From: Piromyces finnis finn
Taxonomy: Eukaryota; Fungi; Neocallimastigomycota
Direction: 5' to 3'
Length of the DNA: 64,000 nt
NCBI GenBank assembly: GCA_002104945.1
Contig: MCFH01000060.1
Location: 1-64,000, forward strand
Part shown: positions 24,201-34,915 of the stretch, piece by piece
How the letters are laid out: every line of letters starts with the position of its first letter
How positions within the stretch are numbered: the first letter of the stretch is position 1
Translations under genes and position numbers: made by a program
Notes under the pieces: model-generated
Told to the model about the DNA's origin: nothing
What the model saw: only the letters and a program-made list of their open reading frames with translations
The model's database searches: none

Positions 24201-26385
24201 TAAAAATAAAATAAAAAATAAAAATAATAATACAAAAGAAGATAATAATTTAAATAAAACAAATAAAAATATTAATGAAATATATGATGATAATGATATT
24301 AATAACATAAATCATATAAATAAATTTAATGATAATAATGACGATAACAACGTTAATATTATTAATTCACATAATAAGAATAATATAAATAATAATATAA
24401 ATAATAACTTCATTAATAATATGAAAGACAATAACAGTTATAAAATTAAAAACAACAATAATAATATTCATAAAAAGAAAAATAAAAGAAAAGTAATCGA
24501 CAGTGACGAAGAAAGTGAAGATGAAAGTAAAATTAAAATTAAAAGAAATAAATTCTTAAACAAAGAAGAAAGGATAAATAAAATAATTGAAAGCGAAAGA
24601 AAATCTAAGAACAAAATTTCTTATAAGGCTAAAGACTTGGACAATGGAATTAGTTTATCAGAATTAAATAAAAATAAACAAAAAAATAATAACTCATTAA
24701 GCTATATTCCAAACCATTCACTAGATGTAGAACAAAGACAATATCCAAATTATCCAAGGAACAAAAGAAAAATTTTGGATAATAATGAAAAGTATACAAC
24801 TAGTAAAAGAATAAGAAAAGAAATAAATAACGTTGATAAATCATCAACGACAGATAACCAAATAACAGAACCAACAAGTTTTTTTGAAATCTTTAAGAGA
24901 AAAGATAAAAGAAGATGGCTTGACGCTATAAATGATGAATTAAACAATATGAAAGAACGCAAAGTATATGAAAAAATAAACAAAGTTCCACAAAATACTA
25001 ATGTAATTACCTCAAAATGGGTGTTCAAAATTAAAAGGGATAGCAAAGGAAACATTACCAAGTATAAAGCACGCTTAGTAGCTAGAGGATTCACTCAAGA
25101 ATACGGTACGGACTACAAAGAAACATTTTCTCCAACATTAAAACATGATTCACTAAGAATTCTTACAGCTATTTCAGCAGAAAAGAAATTTTATATACAT
25201 CAATTAGATATAAAGGCAGCTTATTTATATGCTGACTTAAATGAATGTATTTATATGTATGCTCCAGAAGGAGACTCTACTTACCGAAAAGGCTATTGGA
25301 AACTAAATAAGGCACTCTATGGTCTCAAGCAAGCAGCACGAGAATGGAATAATAATATAACTGATACTTTAACTAATATTGGATTTAAAAGACTGGTAAG
25401 TGAACCCTGTATTTTCGTTAAGAAAGATGATAACAATAATATAAAATGTTTGTTAGGAATATATGTCGATGATATCCTAATATCAGGTAACAATTATGAA
25501 ATAAATAAAACTAAAGAATTACTAAAGAAAAGATACAAAGTTACCGATATTGGATATGCAGATTTTATTATTGGAATTAAATTTGAAAAATTAAACAATG
25601 GATACTTACTTCACCAAGAAAGATACCTTAGAGATATCTTAAGAAAATTCAACTTAGAAAACTGTAAACCTTGCAAAACACCTAAACCAGCAAACGAAGT
25701 TGATGATAAACAAGAAAAATATAACCCAACAAAGTATCGTGCAGCCATTGGTAGTTTACTATATCTTGCTATATCTACTAGACCAGACATTTTATTTTCA
25801 GTCACCAAAGCAGCCAGAAAATCACAAGAACCTACTTTTAAAGACTGGGAGAATGTTATTCAAATTTTTAAATACCTCAAAGGAACCATTAATTACGGAT
25901 TGCTCTATTCAGGCGAAGCTTCTTTAAAGACCTTTGTAGACGCAGACTACGGTAGTGACAAAGTAACCAGAAGATCAACCACCGGATTTGTTTTCTTCAT
26001 GGGAAGTGGTCCCACGAGTTGGTTTTCGAAACTTCAACATTGTATTGCTACCTCTACAGCTGAGTCAGAATATTACAGCTTATGTGAGTGCGGAAAACAT
26101 TCACTTTGGTATGCAAACATACTTAATGAGTTAGGGATAACTCATAAATGTACTGTAATAAACATTGACAACCAGGCAGCAATTTATAATGCTGAAAATG
26201 ATACTATTAATCCAAAATCAAAACATATTGATATTAAGTATCATAAAATAAGAGAAATGGTAAAAGAGAAAAAAATTAAATTGGAATATATCAAGTCCTT
26301 AAATAACATTGCTGATGGTTTCACAAAATATTTGGATGCTACAAAAATGTCTATTTTTAGAAATAGTTTATTACATAAATATTAA
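21259..26385 (+). CDS. gag-pol: Copia gag-pol polyprotein, 1708 aa (gag, CCHC, protease, integrase, Asn-rich linker, RT, RNase H)
   Basis: CHFCNKRGHIERNC, LDSGAS, GAG-pre-integrase HLWHRRLGH, HTDIVGP/SDNGTEY, SKWVFKIK, YVDDIL, DADY...RRSTTG, IADGFTK. Integrase precedes RT. Confidence 0.96.
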   Translation: MSNNKNKNLLSSNMDPSSFIGKFQIELNKENFQAWQIKVRDILRCCGLEEYIDENKTPKIYIKNISESEKENYKEVPHEPNMYYNKNVTDETLAIDNKVRMFIRSTLAPKSVEDVQSRTLTGYQIWKTLESIYIGNQSSKKTDLIKEVNRMKYNPQDSIASFVNKLNLKFETLESMGVHIDEEEKAAVLYRAMPKQYQWINIFDYEGNWTLCREYVSNRVQSVQRSEERERSNRLGFNQVFSSESGYGNYDNYNHKNNKFSNYKNKNNKNKNDIICHFCNKRGHIERNCIFKEKLAKEYNSNNKNYKNKQNKKYKKKYADVVTKQRSNYKDITPNLFNVDYDSTYEKESNSVVKVNFSNKKYKKVIKSKGNFSMWMLDSGASVHLTNDIKLLYKIKRHKEPIYYADGEVGYSTHIGNIKGYFNKEQIILKNVLYVPDIKRNLISISNFVKEGLNVNFKYINNAATAFIQDKNKNNIYVSREDEHNIFNVYISKTKLFNYQIQNPMYCYSIRKLNNDEKLHLWHRRLGHFHAKSIENKLLNINIKDICETCSLSKLKNQPYHSSTNKSTEVLQLVHTDIVGPINASSIYGNHYFITFLDDYSRYGWVIFIKNKSDAFNAFKIWYNKVTNEFKKNITYLRSDNGTEYKSLNFKNFCDTHGITQQFTVPYNPQQNGRAERFNGVLIHAATTMMQDAKLCRRFWEDAVRTANYIHNRLPHNGNDLKVPYEMLYNIPVDYSKFRVFGCKVLHLKRNTEKHKFESTSLPGIFIGYDDTSTGFRIFDLNSFKIVIKRVVEFLEDQPGNFNFDDNVKNVNFIDYDSLINEMEGDDNESLQQDIEIGISSNINNNDFPNNFNKIKYNANNNYIGINSNNNKDNIIYNNNNKENIKNYNINENNNLNINNNLNINNNLNENNNLNENNILKENNDLNTNNNLNENNNLNENNNSNKNNNSNENDNPNKNNISDENNNSNESNDLNKNKIKNKNKIKNKNNNTKEDNNLNKTNKNINEIYDDNDINNINHINKFNDNNDDNNVNIINSHNKNNINNNINNNFINNMKDNNSYKIKNNNNNIHKKKNKRKVIDSDEESEDESKIKIKRNKFLNKEERINKIIESERKSKNKISYKAKDLDNGISLSELNKNKQKNNNSLSYIPNHSLDVEQRQYPNYPRNKRKILDNNEKYTTSKRIRKEINNVDKSSTTDNQITEPTSFFEIFKRKDKRRWLDAINDELNNMKERKVYEKINKVPQNTNVITSKWVFKIKRDSKGNITKYKARLVARGFTQEYGTDYKETFSPTLKHDSLRILTAISAEKKFYIHQLDIKAAYLYADLNECIYMYAPEGDSTYRKGYWKLNKALYGLKQAAREWNNNITDTLTNIGFKRLVSEPCIFVKKDDNNNIKCLLGIYVDDILISGNNYEINKTKELLKKRYKVTDIGYADFIIGIKFEKLNNGYLLHQERYLRDILRKFNLENCKPCKTPKPANEVDDKQEKYNPTKYRAAIGSLLYLAISTRPDILFSVTKAARKSQEPTFKDWENVIQIFKYLKGTINYGLLYSGEASLKTFVDADYGSDKVTRRSTTGFVFFMGSGPTSWFSKLQHCIATSTAESEYYSLCECGKHSLWYANILNELGITHKCTVINIDNQAAIYNAENDTINPKSKHIDIKYHKIREMVKEKKIKLEYIKSLNNIADGFTKYLDATKMSIFRNSLLHKY
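23912..24130 (+). repeat. Coding 18-bp tandem repeat (consensus about AATAACAATTTAAATGAA; NNNLNE)
   Basis: About 10 degenerate units visible in both DNA and translation. Confidence 0.85.
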
Positions 26386-26849
26386 ATGAATATTAAATGA
26401 ATATTAAATGAATATTAAATAAAAGTATTTATACTTTTGGGAGAATGTTAAAATTATAATGAAATAATTTTATATTTTATTTACTATTAATTAATTATAT
26501 AATTATATATTATTTAAATTTTTATGTATTAATTAAATTAATTATATGAAAAGTATAATTTTATTTAATATTATATAAATATATATTTTTTACTATTATT
26601 AAAATGTAGTTCTTTTCATAATATAAGAAAAGACATTATTAAATAACTTGTATTAAATAATAATAAATATTAATAACAAATATTAATAAATAAATAATAA
26701 TAAATAAATATAAAATAATATATATACATATTATACAAATATTTATTTATAAAGTGTTGGTGTTATATAAAATATTATAATAATAATATTTAATCATAAA
26801 AAAAAATATAAAAATAAATATATTTTAAAAAATTTAATAATAAATAATA

Positions 26850-26921
26850 AGGGGCGTTCCGGATTTGAACCGAAGACCTATTGATCTGCAGTCAATTGCT
26901 CTACCGCTGAGCTAACACCCC
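26850..26921 (-). tRNA. tRNA-Cys (anticodon GCA)
   Basis: Minus strand reads GGGGTGTTAGCTCAGCGGTAGAGCAATTGACTGCAGATCAATAGGTCTTCGGTTCAAATCCGGAACGCCCC; full cloverleaf; T6 run at 26827-32. Confidence 0.97.
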
Positions 26922-28011
26922 TTTTTATTAATTTGTTTCAAAAAGCGATTTTTTATTAAAGAAAAGTGTGGTAAGCACACTAGTTATATTAATTAATAAA
27001 TATAATACGCTTTCCTATTGAAGGCGTAAAGCTAATAATATTTATATAAAGAAATTTAAATAATATTTTTATTTTAGCAATAACTTAATATCAGCATATA
27101 TTAAGTTATTAAAAATATTAAAATTTTTAAAGTTTTAGGTTTTATAGGAGTTTATAAATTTTATTAACTTTAGGTTAAAAAATTACTAACGCTAAAGCTT
27201 CGTAATTTTTGTCAATTTTTGTTCTTTTTATACATGAACAATTTTAATTATTACATTTTTTAATTTTAATTAATTATTATCTAATTATAAAATATTTAAT
27301 TTTTATAAATTAATAATTAATATAATTATTGTAAATAGTTAATAAATTTAAATTAAAATTTTTAATAATAAAATTTTAATAATTTTAAAAAATTTAATAA
27401 TTTCAAATATTAGAAATTTTATACTTTGAAATTTTTTAATAAAAATTTAAAAAATAAATTTTTTCAAATTTTCAAATTTTCAAATTTTAAAAAAAATTTT
27501 TAATTTTTTCCATGTGTCCAAATTTTTTAAATTTTTATATATGTTATTGTGACACTGCCCGTCCTAAGGGTCGTTTCGCCGGACGACCCAAAAAATTATG
27601 GACACTGGCACGTCATAATAATTTGGACATGGACACTTCCACGACACTTAGAAGAATTTTGAGAATTTTCAAAAAATGGAAATTCTCAATTTTTGAAAAA
27701 ATCTAAGTGTTGAAAAAGTGAAGTGTAAAAGTGTTCAAGAAAAGTTGAGAGGGTATCACGTGGATTCTTCAGAAATGGAGACTACACGTGAAGGTTAGGG
27801 AAATGATATGACTCGAGGGGAAGCGGATTTTGGGGTGCGGAAAAGGTTGCGAAATTTGAGGGTTGAGGGCAAAGGCGAAAGAGGGTGGTTGGGTAGCGGA
27901 ATAGTGGTTGGTAGTTGTAGTGGTGGCGACTAGTGGGTAGCGGAGTTGTGGGTAGTAGGTGGGGTAGTGGCGATAGGTGGGTAGTGAAGGAGTAAGGGTG
28001 GTAGACACTAG

Positions 28012-31000
28012 TTAAGAATCTGGGACGGAATTGGTGAATTGTTGGTAAGCGCGACGTTGGTAATCAGCTAAAAGGGTGCTGTAGTAGTCATCCTTATCAA
28101 TGGTGTCAGCATTGATCCAACGTTGAGATAAGTCAGTAAAAGTGACTAAGTACTCGTAAAAATGACCCGATTTACGAGAACTAAGGATCTTGGTGATTTC
28201 ATTGGAGTTGGGATGGTTGAGCAATAGATGGTGAGGAGTGGGATGATATGGTTCGAGTTCACTGATGTGGAATACGGGGTAGACACGAGGGAAAGGTGAG
28301 GTAGATAAATCAAGGCGGTAGTTGAGCTTAGATTCATCGACACCAGTGACCTTGTATGGACCATACTTGCGGGATTGGAGCTTGAACGCTAATGGAGGAT
28401 GATAATTAGCGGGTTTGCGAAGCCAAACAAGATCGTGGACCTTGAAGCGCTTAAAGTTGTGATAAAGGTGCTACTGCTTTTCTTAACCATATTTTCAAAC
28501 TTCACGGATTCCCCTTATCTATTGTTACAGACCGTGGTACTCAGTTCGAAAGTCGTCTTTGGTCCCACTTGATGGAATTCTTTAATATCGATCACCACTC
28601 TGCTACTACTGGCCATCACCGCACTGTTGGACAAGTAGAACGTAACAACGACTACGTTGAAACTTATCTTCGTTGCTACTTAGCTCAATTTGATGATCTC
28701 AGTTGGATGGATCATTTGTACTTAGCTGAATTTTGCTACAACAATTCCATCCATGCTTCCACCAAACAACCACCATTTCTCTCTGTTTATAATTATCAAG
28801 TTCACGCAAACCCACAAGTTGCAGACCTTGTTTCTTCTTTAGGACTTCATCCCCTCATCGATAGCTTCTCCCATAACTTAGCTGACCTTAAGCATACTCT
28901 CGAAGTCAGTCGTACCCGTTATCTCGATGAAAAGGATAAGCAGTTTCCTTAGCAGTGGGTAAATGTTTGAACCCAACTAAGTGTATCATCTTAGTTAAGT
29001 AGCAAGTAGTAACCATTATGGTACCTTGATGGTGGTTCGGATTGGTAGAGTCGAATGGTAAGGTAGAGTTACAAGGTCTTGATGGTAAGTCCGTGATAAA
29101 GTCCATTTGTAGGTGTTGCCATGGAAGTTCCGGAAGAGGGACACGGATCATATTACCATAAGGAGCATGGTGATCGGTTTTCATTGCCTTGCATACACTA
29201 CAGCTTCGAATATAAGACTCGACATCTTGACGCATATTAACCCAATAGAAATTACGTTTAAGAATGTCATAAGTCTTATCGACTCCCAAGTGACCGGCAG
29301 TGGGTGCATCATGGTTGAGCTTAATAACTAAGAGTCTTAGTTGACTTGGAACATATACTTGCTCCGGATGTTTGGTTCTTATTAAAAGGCCATCTTGAAG
29401 AATCCAAGGATGATCACTATTTGGAACTTCAAGATCCTTAAGAATCTGACAAGCGGTTTCATCTTGAAGGTAGCACTGCTTAATGTCGTCAATGAAGCTA
29501 GTTTCCATAGAGAAGTAGCATTCATCTTCGTTGAATCCTTCTAATTGGGTTGGTTTAAGTAAGGATGATTCACTTATATCCTTACCAACTGTGAGCATAT
29601 GGTCGGATCTACGAGAGAGAGCATCAGCTTTACCATTTTTCTTTCCTGGTCGATAGATAATCTTGAAATCAAAGGTAGCAAAGTATTCTTGCCAACGAGC
29701 TTGTCTTTGGGATAGAAGTTGCGGTTTGGTAGCAAAAAGCAAGTTTTGATGGTCTGAATAAACGGTAATAGGATATTTTGCACCTTGAAGTAAATGACGC
29801 CATTCGATAAAAGCTTGACGAATTGCTAAGAGTTCCTTTTCGGTGATAGAGTAATTAAGTTCTGCATCATGAAGGGTTTTAGAAAAGTAATAAACTGGAT
29901 GCAGGTCTCCATCATCACCTTTTTGTGAAAGTACTCCCCCGATAGCAAAGTCACTTGCGTCACATTCAACTATGAATGGTTTATCGTGATCAGGACAAAG
30001 TAAAACTGGAGCTGAAGTAAGAAATTCTTTAAGTTGATTAAATGCTCTATTACACTCGTCTGTCCATATGAAAGTGACGCCTTTCTTAGTTAAGTTGTAT
30101 AATGGTTTTGCAATTTTAGAAAAGTTAGAGATAAAGCGACGGTAGTAATTGCATAACCCTAAGAAGGACTGAACTTCTTTCACAGTAGTGGGGATAGGCC
30201 AGTTCTTAACTGCTTCAATTTTGTGAGGATCAGTTTTGATTCCCTCCTTACTGATTACGTGACCCAAAAATTCGATTTCAGCTTTGTGAAACTCACATTT
30301 TTTGAGTTTCGCAACTAAGTTGTTTTCAATGATTAATTGAAGAACATTTCTAACATGTTGAACATGTTCTTCAAGGGTCTTGGAGTAGATAATGATATCA
30401 TCCAAGTACACTTGAACGTACTTATTAATTTGATCACTAAAGATATCATTAATGAAAGCTTGGAAAACTGCAGGAGCATTAGTTAGTCCAAAAGGCATGA
30501 CTAAGTACTCAAAGTGACCAAATGCCGTCCTGAATGCAGTCTTGTATTCGTCACCTTCTTTAATCCTAATTAAATTATAAGCTGACTTGAGGTCTAACTT
30601 AGTGAAATAGTTAGCACCTTTCATTGATTCAAAGACTGATAGGATTAAAGGTAGCGGATAGGCATTCTTGATAGTTTGGTCGTTGAGCTTGCGATAGTCA
30701 ACGCAAAATCTGAGACTACCATCCTTCTTATCTTGGAGTAGAACTGGATGTCCAGCAGGAGATCGGGATTTTCTAATGAATCCTTTATTCAAGTTTTCTT
30801 CAATATACTCCTTAATAAATTGACGTTCAGTAGGAGTAGTTGGATAAATTGGCCCATAAAATAATGAAGCATTAGGTTTCAAATCGATAGAACAATCATA
30901 TACACGATGTTCAGGAAGTTCATCGGCTCGTTCTTCATTGAAGGCTTCATATAAATCTTCATATTCCAAAGGTATACCGTTGATAGATTCTACTAGTTCA

Positions 31001-32895
31001 GGATTCTGATCATCGGCTATGAAGACTGTTTCTGTTGGAATGGAAGTTGATTTATCCAGATTTGAGTCTTCGAGTTCTGTGATAAACATAACTTCATGAA
31101 GAGGTGTAGATTTCTTCAAATCATTCCTAAAGTTAGGAGATTTAATCTCAGATCCATTATGGTTGGAGAAAGGAACAGGACCAATTTTAACTGTAAAGGA
31201 ATGGTCAGGTTGTGTTAAGATACAGAAGAAGTTGGTTTTCATGAACTTAGAACCTAGGAGAATCGAAGAAGGAAGCTGATCAGCTACGTGGCATCGAAGT
31301 TTGTATTGACGAACCTCTTCTCGAGTTCCTCCTAAAGAAGATAAGTTCATTACAATGTTGAACTCTTCTGTGATGTAATGCATTAGGACATTACCTCCCA
31401 TGACCTTTACAACAGTATCAGCTGGTATGGTCTTAATTCCTAGTTTCTTCACTAAATCCATATGGATTACATTGGTAGTAGAGCCAGAATCTAAGAGAGA
31501 CGAAGTGATAATCTGTCTAGATCCTTTAGAAGTTTTTACACTAGTCTTCACGATGGGATACTTCTCCGGATCAGGATTTGGTAGCTCTAAAATATCTTGC
31601 TCTTCTACTTCACAGAGATAGCTGGAGTATGAAGTACCATTATTAGGTTTAGTACTTTTATTGGGATTTTGGGTACTAGACTTGCTATCCAAGTTACTGG
31701 AGCCTTTTCCTTTTTGGTTAGATGGGCGGTTGTTGTTATTGTTATTCCTTTGGTTGTTATTACGATTGTTAGTCTTGTTAGGGTTCTTGGAATAAAGACT
31801 GCCATGAATACCTAATAAATTAGCTATTAAGGGCTCTTTGTCCTTGTAGTTGGCTTGTCTTTCCAAAGTATCATCGTAATAAGTATCCTTGGAAGCATCA
31901 TATTTGATTAGAAGATTCTTCAGTTCTTCTAACGTCTGTCTATCCGAAGTTAATTTACTAAAGGCGTGGTTCACGGTAGGTCGAACTTGGAAAAGCATGA
32001 TGGTTAATTGAATGTCTTCGGAACATCCAATTAATTTGACATATTGGGAGAATTTTCCTAAGTATTCGGAAGCTTTTCCCCAACTATGTCTGAGCTTCAT
32101 CAGGTCGATTTTGGTGATGTTGATATCCTTCGGGTTAAGGAATCTCTTACCCAAAGCTTCGTAAAGAACCTTTCTATTCGGATGAGATTCCTGGAAGTCT
32201 GCTTGTTCAACATCGTACCAATCTGCAGCATCACCAGTAAGACAATCTTCAATGAAGTTTACTTTCACAGCTTCATTGTTTCCATAGAACTTGATGTGTC
32301 TTAGGAAGTGATGTTCGCATCGACGGATGAATCTACGTAATTGAATACTTTCTCCTGAGTAAGAAAGCATTTTTTCAGCGACGTTTGGAGGCGAAGCATC
32401 TCCCATGATGACGTCACCGTCAGGTTCGTGAGGGGTAGTAGCAGAAGGAGTAACGGGAGTAGACAACTCATCAACTCTTTGAGTAGCCTTGCTGATATGA
32501 GCTTTGATATCAGCGAGTTGATTGTCTTTCCTAGCATCGTTGACTTCTAAGGTAGCCATCTTACCCATAATAACTTGAGTAGAGTTTTCCAAAACAGTCA
32601 AACGATCATTGAGACTTTCGTTTTCCCTTCTGGTAGCTTGAATATCAACCTTTAACTGATTGATATTCCCAGTTAAGGTAGCAGTTAAAGACTCAATGAG
32701 GGCCTTGAGATCCTCATTAGTAGTTGGCTTCTGAGTAGGATTACTCGTAGAAGCATTAGCTTGTCCGGAATGATTAGGCATCTTTGATTTTCTTACGGGA
32801 GTATTTCCTGGGGAACGTTCTTTCTTGGTAGTTTGTAGGCGGTTAAAAAATTCTTTTGTATCCACTTTAATAGGTGTAAGTGGAGATTTTTCCAT
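28012..32895 (-). pseudogene. gag-pol: gag-pol polyprotein with GPY/F motif and chromodomain, disrupted by inversion of 28469-28942
   Basis: The main ORF breaks at HLPTAKETA. The next integrase segment (FLNHIFKLHG...VERNN...YLDEKDK) reads on the plus strand at 28473-28938. The C-terminus (HLYHNFKRF...YGPYKV...EITKILSSRKSGHFYEYLVTF) resumes on minus from 28468 to 28012. Confidence 0.92.
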
Positions 32896-32965
32896 TAAAC
32901 TTTAATTATTATATTTAGTTATTAATAATTACTAACTAATTGGTGCTTAGCGCACTTTTATAATA

Positions 32966-32976
32966 AGCGTTAGTAA
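32966..32976 (-). other. Self-priming PBS (11 nt)
   Basis: TTACTAACGCT (minus) directly follows the 5' LTR and is complementary to LTR bases 33224-33234. Confidence 0.85.
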
Positions 32977-33597
32977 TGTCAAAAAGCGATTTGTTATTAA
33001 AGAAAAGTGTGGTAAGCACACTAGTTATATTAATTAATAAATATAATACGCTTTCCTATTGAAGGCGTAAAGCTAATAATATTTATATAAAGAAATTTAA
33101 ATAATATTTTTATTTTAGCAATAACTTAATATCAGCATATATTAAGTTATTAAAAATATTAAAATTTTTAAAGTTTTAGGTTTTATAGGAGTTTATAAAT
33201 TTTATTAACTTTAGGTTAAAAAATTACTAACGCTAAAGCTTCGTAATTTTTGTCAATTTTTGTTCTTTTTATACATGAACAATTTTAATTATTACATTTT
33301 TTAATTTTAATTAATTATTATCTAATTATAAAATATTTAATTTTTATAAATTAATAATTAATATAATTATTGTAAATAGTTAATAAATTTAAATTAAAAT
33401 TTTTAATAATAAAATTTTAATAATTTTAAAAAATTTAATAATTTCAAATATTAGAAATTTTATACTTTGAAATTTTTTAATAAAAATTTAAAAAATAAAT
33501 TTTTTCAAATTTTCAAATTTTCAAATTTTAAAAAAATTTTTAATTTTTTCCATGTGTCCAAATTTTCTAAATTTTTATATATGTTATTGTGACAATT

Positions 33598-34908
33598 TGT
33601 AAAAAATATTTGTGACTGTAAAATATTGTATTAATAGAATAATGTATTTAATACGTATTTAAAATAATGTACAATGTATTGAATTAATGTACCGTAAATC
33701 TTTACAAGATTTATATCACAATACATTAACATAAATCTATGTGAAATATAAAGTTACGATAAAATAATGTATTACAATACATTAACATAAATTTATGTAA
33801 ATTTAATTTTATGATAAGATAAAGTTTTTGATGATAAAATAAATTTTTTAAATTAAATAATTTTTAACCAATAAATATTTTAGATAAGAAAAAAATTTTT
33901 TTTTAAACTAAGCCTCAAAATTAGAAATAAATAAATTAAATATATGTTTGAAATATAATCAACCACATAGTAAATAAATCAAAACTTTATTTTAAGTTTA
34001 GAAAATTCTTTAGTAAATAAATTGAATTTAAATAGTTTAATACAAATAATTTCTTTTAATAAATGCATAAATGTAAACAATGTAAAATTATAATATTAAA
34101 ACATGTATATTAGAATTTATTCAATTTATTTAAAAAGTATAAATAAAGAAAATTTTTCAACTATTGAAACGATAGTTGGAAAATCGTATAGTTTAGTTAT
34201 ATAGTTAGTTTAGATTATTAGTTTTAATTTAATTAGTTAATAATTGATTACCTAGTGAGGGCTCTGGTGAAATAACCTTCACGGTAAAGTAATCAACGGT
34301 TGTTTTAGTTTAGTTTAGTTTAATATAATTTAATAAATAAAAAGTTTAATAATTAATAAATTTATAACTAGTGTTTAGTTTAGTTAGTGTATACAAACCT
34401 GAACTTAGTTTAAAATATTTTACAGTGACCATAAGTTTGCCCACAAATATTTCAATTGAAACCATATATTCTGGTCACCATTTATTGGCCAGATATATGT
34501 ATAACCATATATTAATGGTTATTAATTAAATAGGAAGTTTATTTGCTTTACCCAATCAAGTGGTAAAGAAAATAAACTAATATAGTTAAATAGTATAGTT
34601 AAAACTAACGTTAAATACTTTAGCGTTAGTATTAGAGTAAATTAGTAACTATAATAATAATTAATGTATATAATTATAATTAATAAATAAAAGATATAAT
34701 TAATATAGAATTATTTAAGTAAACATTATTTCATAAAATCTTTATACATTTGTTTGTAATTATTTTAGTGTTATAATATTTATTTTATTTCTTTTATTAT
34801 TTTTTATAAAACTTTGTTTAGTTATTAACTCGTATAGAGAGGTAATAACTAACTTAATTAACTAAATTATACAACTTATTAACTAATATTATAAAAACAC
34901 CTTTTACA
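33598..34908 (+). mobile_element. Solo LTR family G (copy G3), containing D3
   Basis: TSD TAATT: right copy at 34909-13, left copy displaced to 26929-33 by A2. Confidence 0.88.
33617..34424 (+). mobile_element. Solo LTR family D (copy D3)
   Basis: TSD GTGAC at 33612-16 and 34425-29. Confidence 0.9.
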
Positions 34909-34915
34909 TAATTGT

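Larger units (their letters stand above)
20875..26798 (+). mobile_element. Full-length Ty1/copia LTR retrotransposon
   Basis: LTRs at 20875-21227 and 26446-26798 appear identical. They end ...AATCA(TA); with the TA included the TSD is AAAAA (20870-74 and 26799-803). PPT GGGAGAA precedes 26446. Confidence 0.95.
26936..33594 (-). mobile_element. Full-length chromovirus-type Ty3/gypsy element (family A, copy A2) with an internal inversion
   Basis: LTRs at 26936-27554 and 32977-33594 (at least 3 differences); TSD ATTTG at 26931-35 and 33595-99; PPT-like AGGACGGGCAG; LTR end 14 bp upstream of tRNA-Cys. Confidence 0.95.

Noticed and set aside
23912-24308. Two minus-strand Tyr/Phe/Leu-rich ORFs
   Set aside because: Antisense readings of the Asn-rich tandem repeat in the copia ORF.
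26386-26420. Three ATTAAATGAAT units after the copia stop codon
   Set aside because: Ordinary local slippage; no evidence of function.
27769-28008. 79-aa Pro/Thr-rich ORF and G-rich plus-strand tract in the A2 3' region
   Set aside because: No recognisable domain; it lies in the 3' UTR. The G-runs are irregular, so a second gene or G-quadruplex is not supportable.
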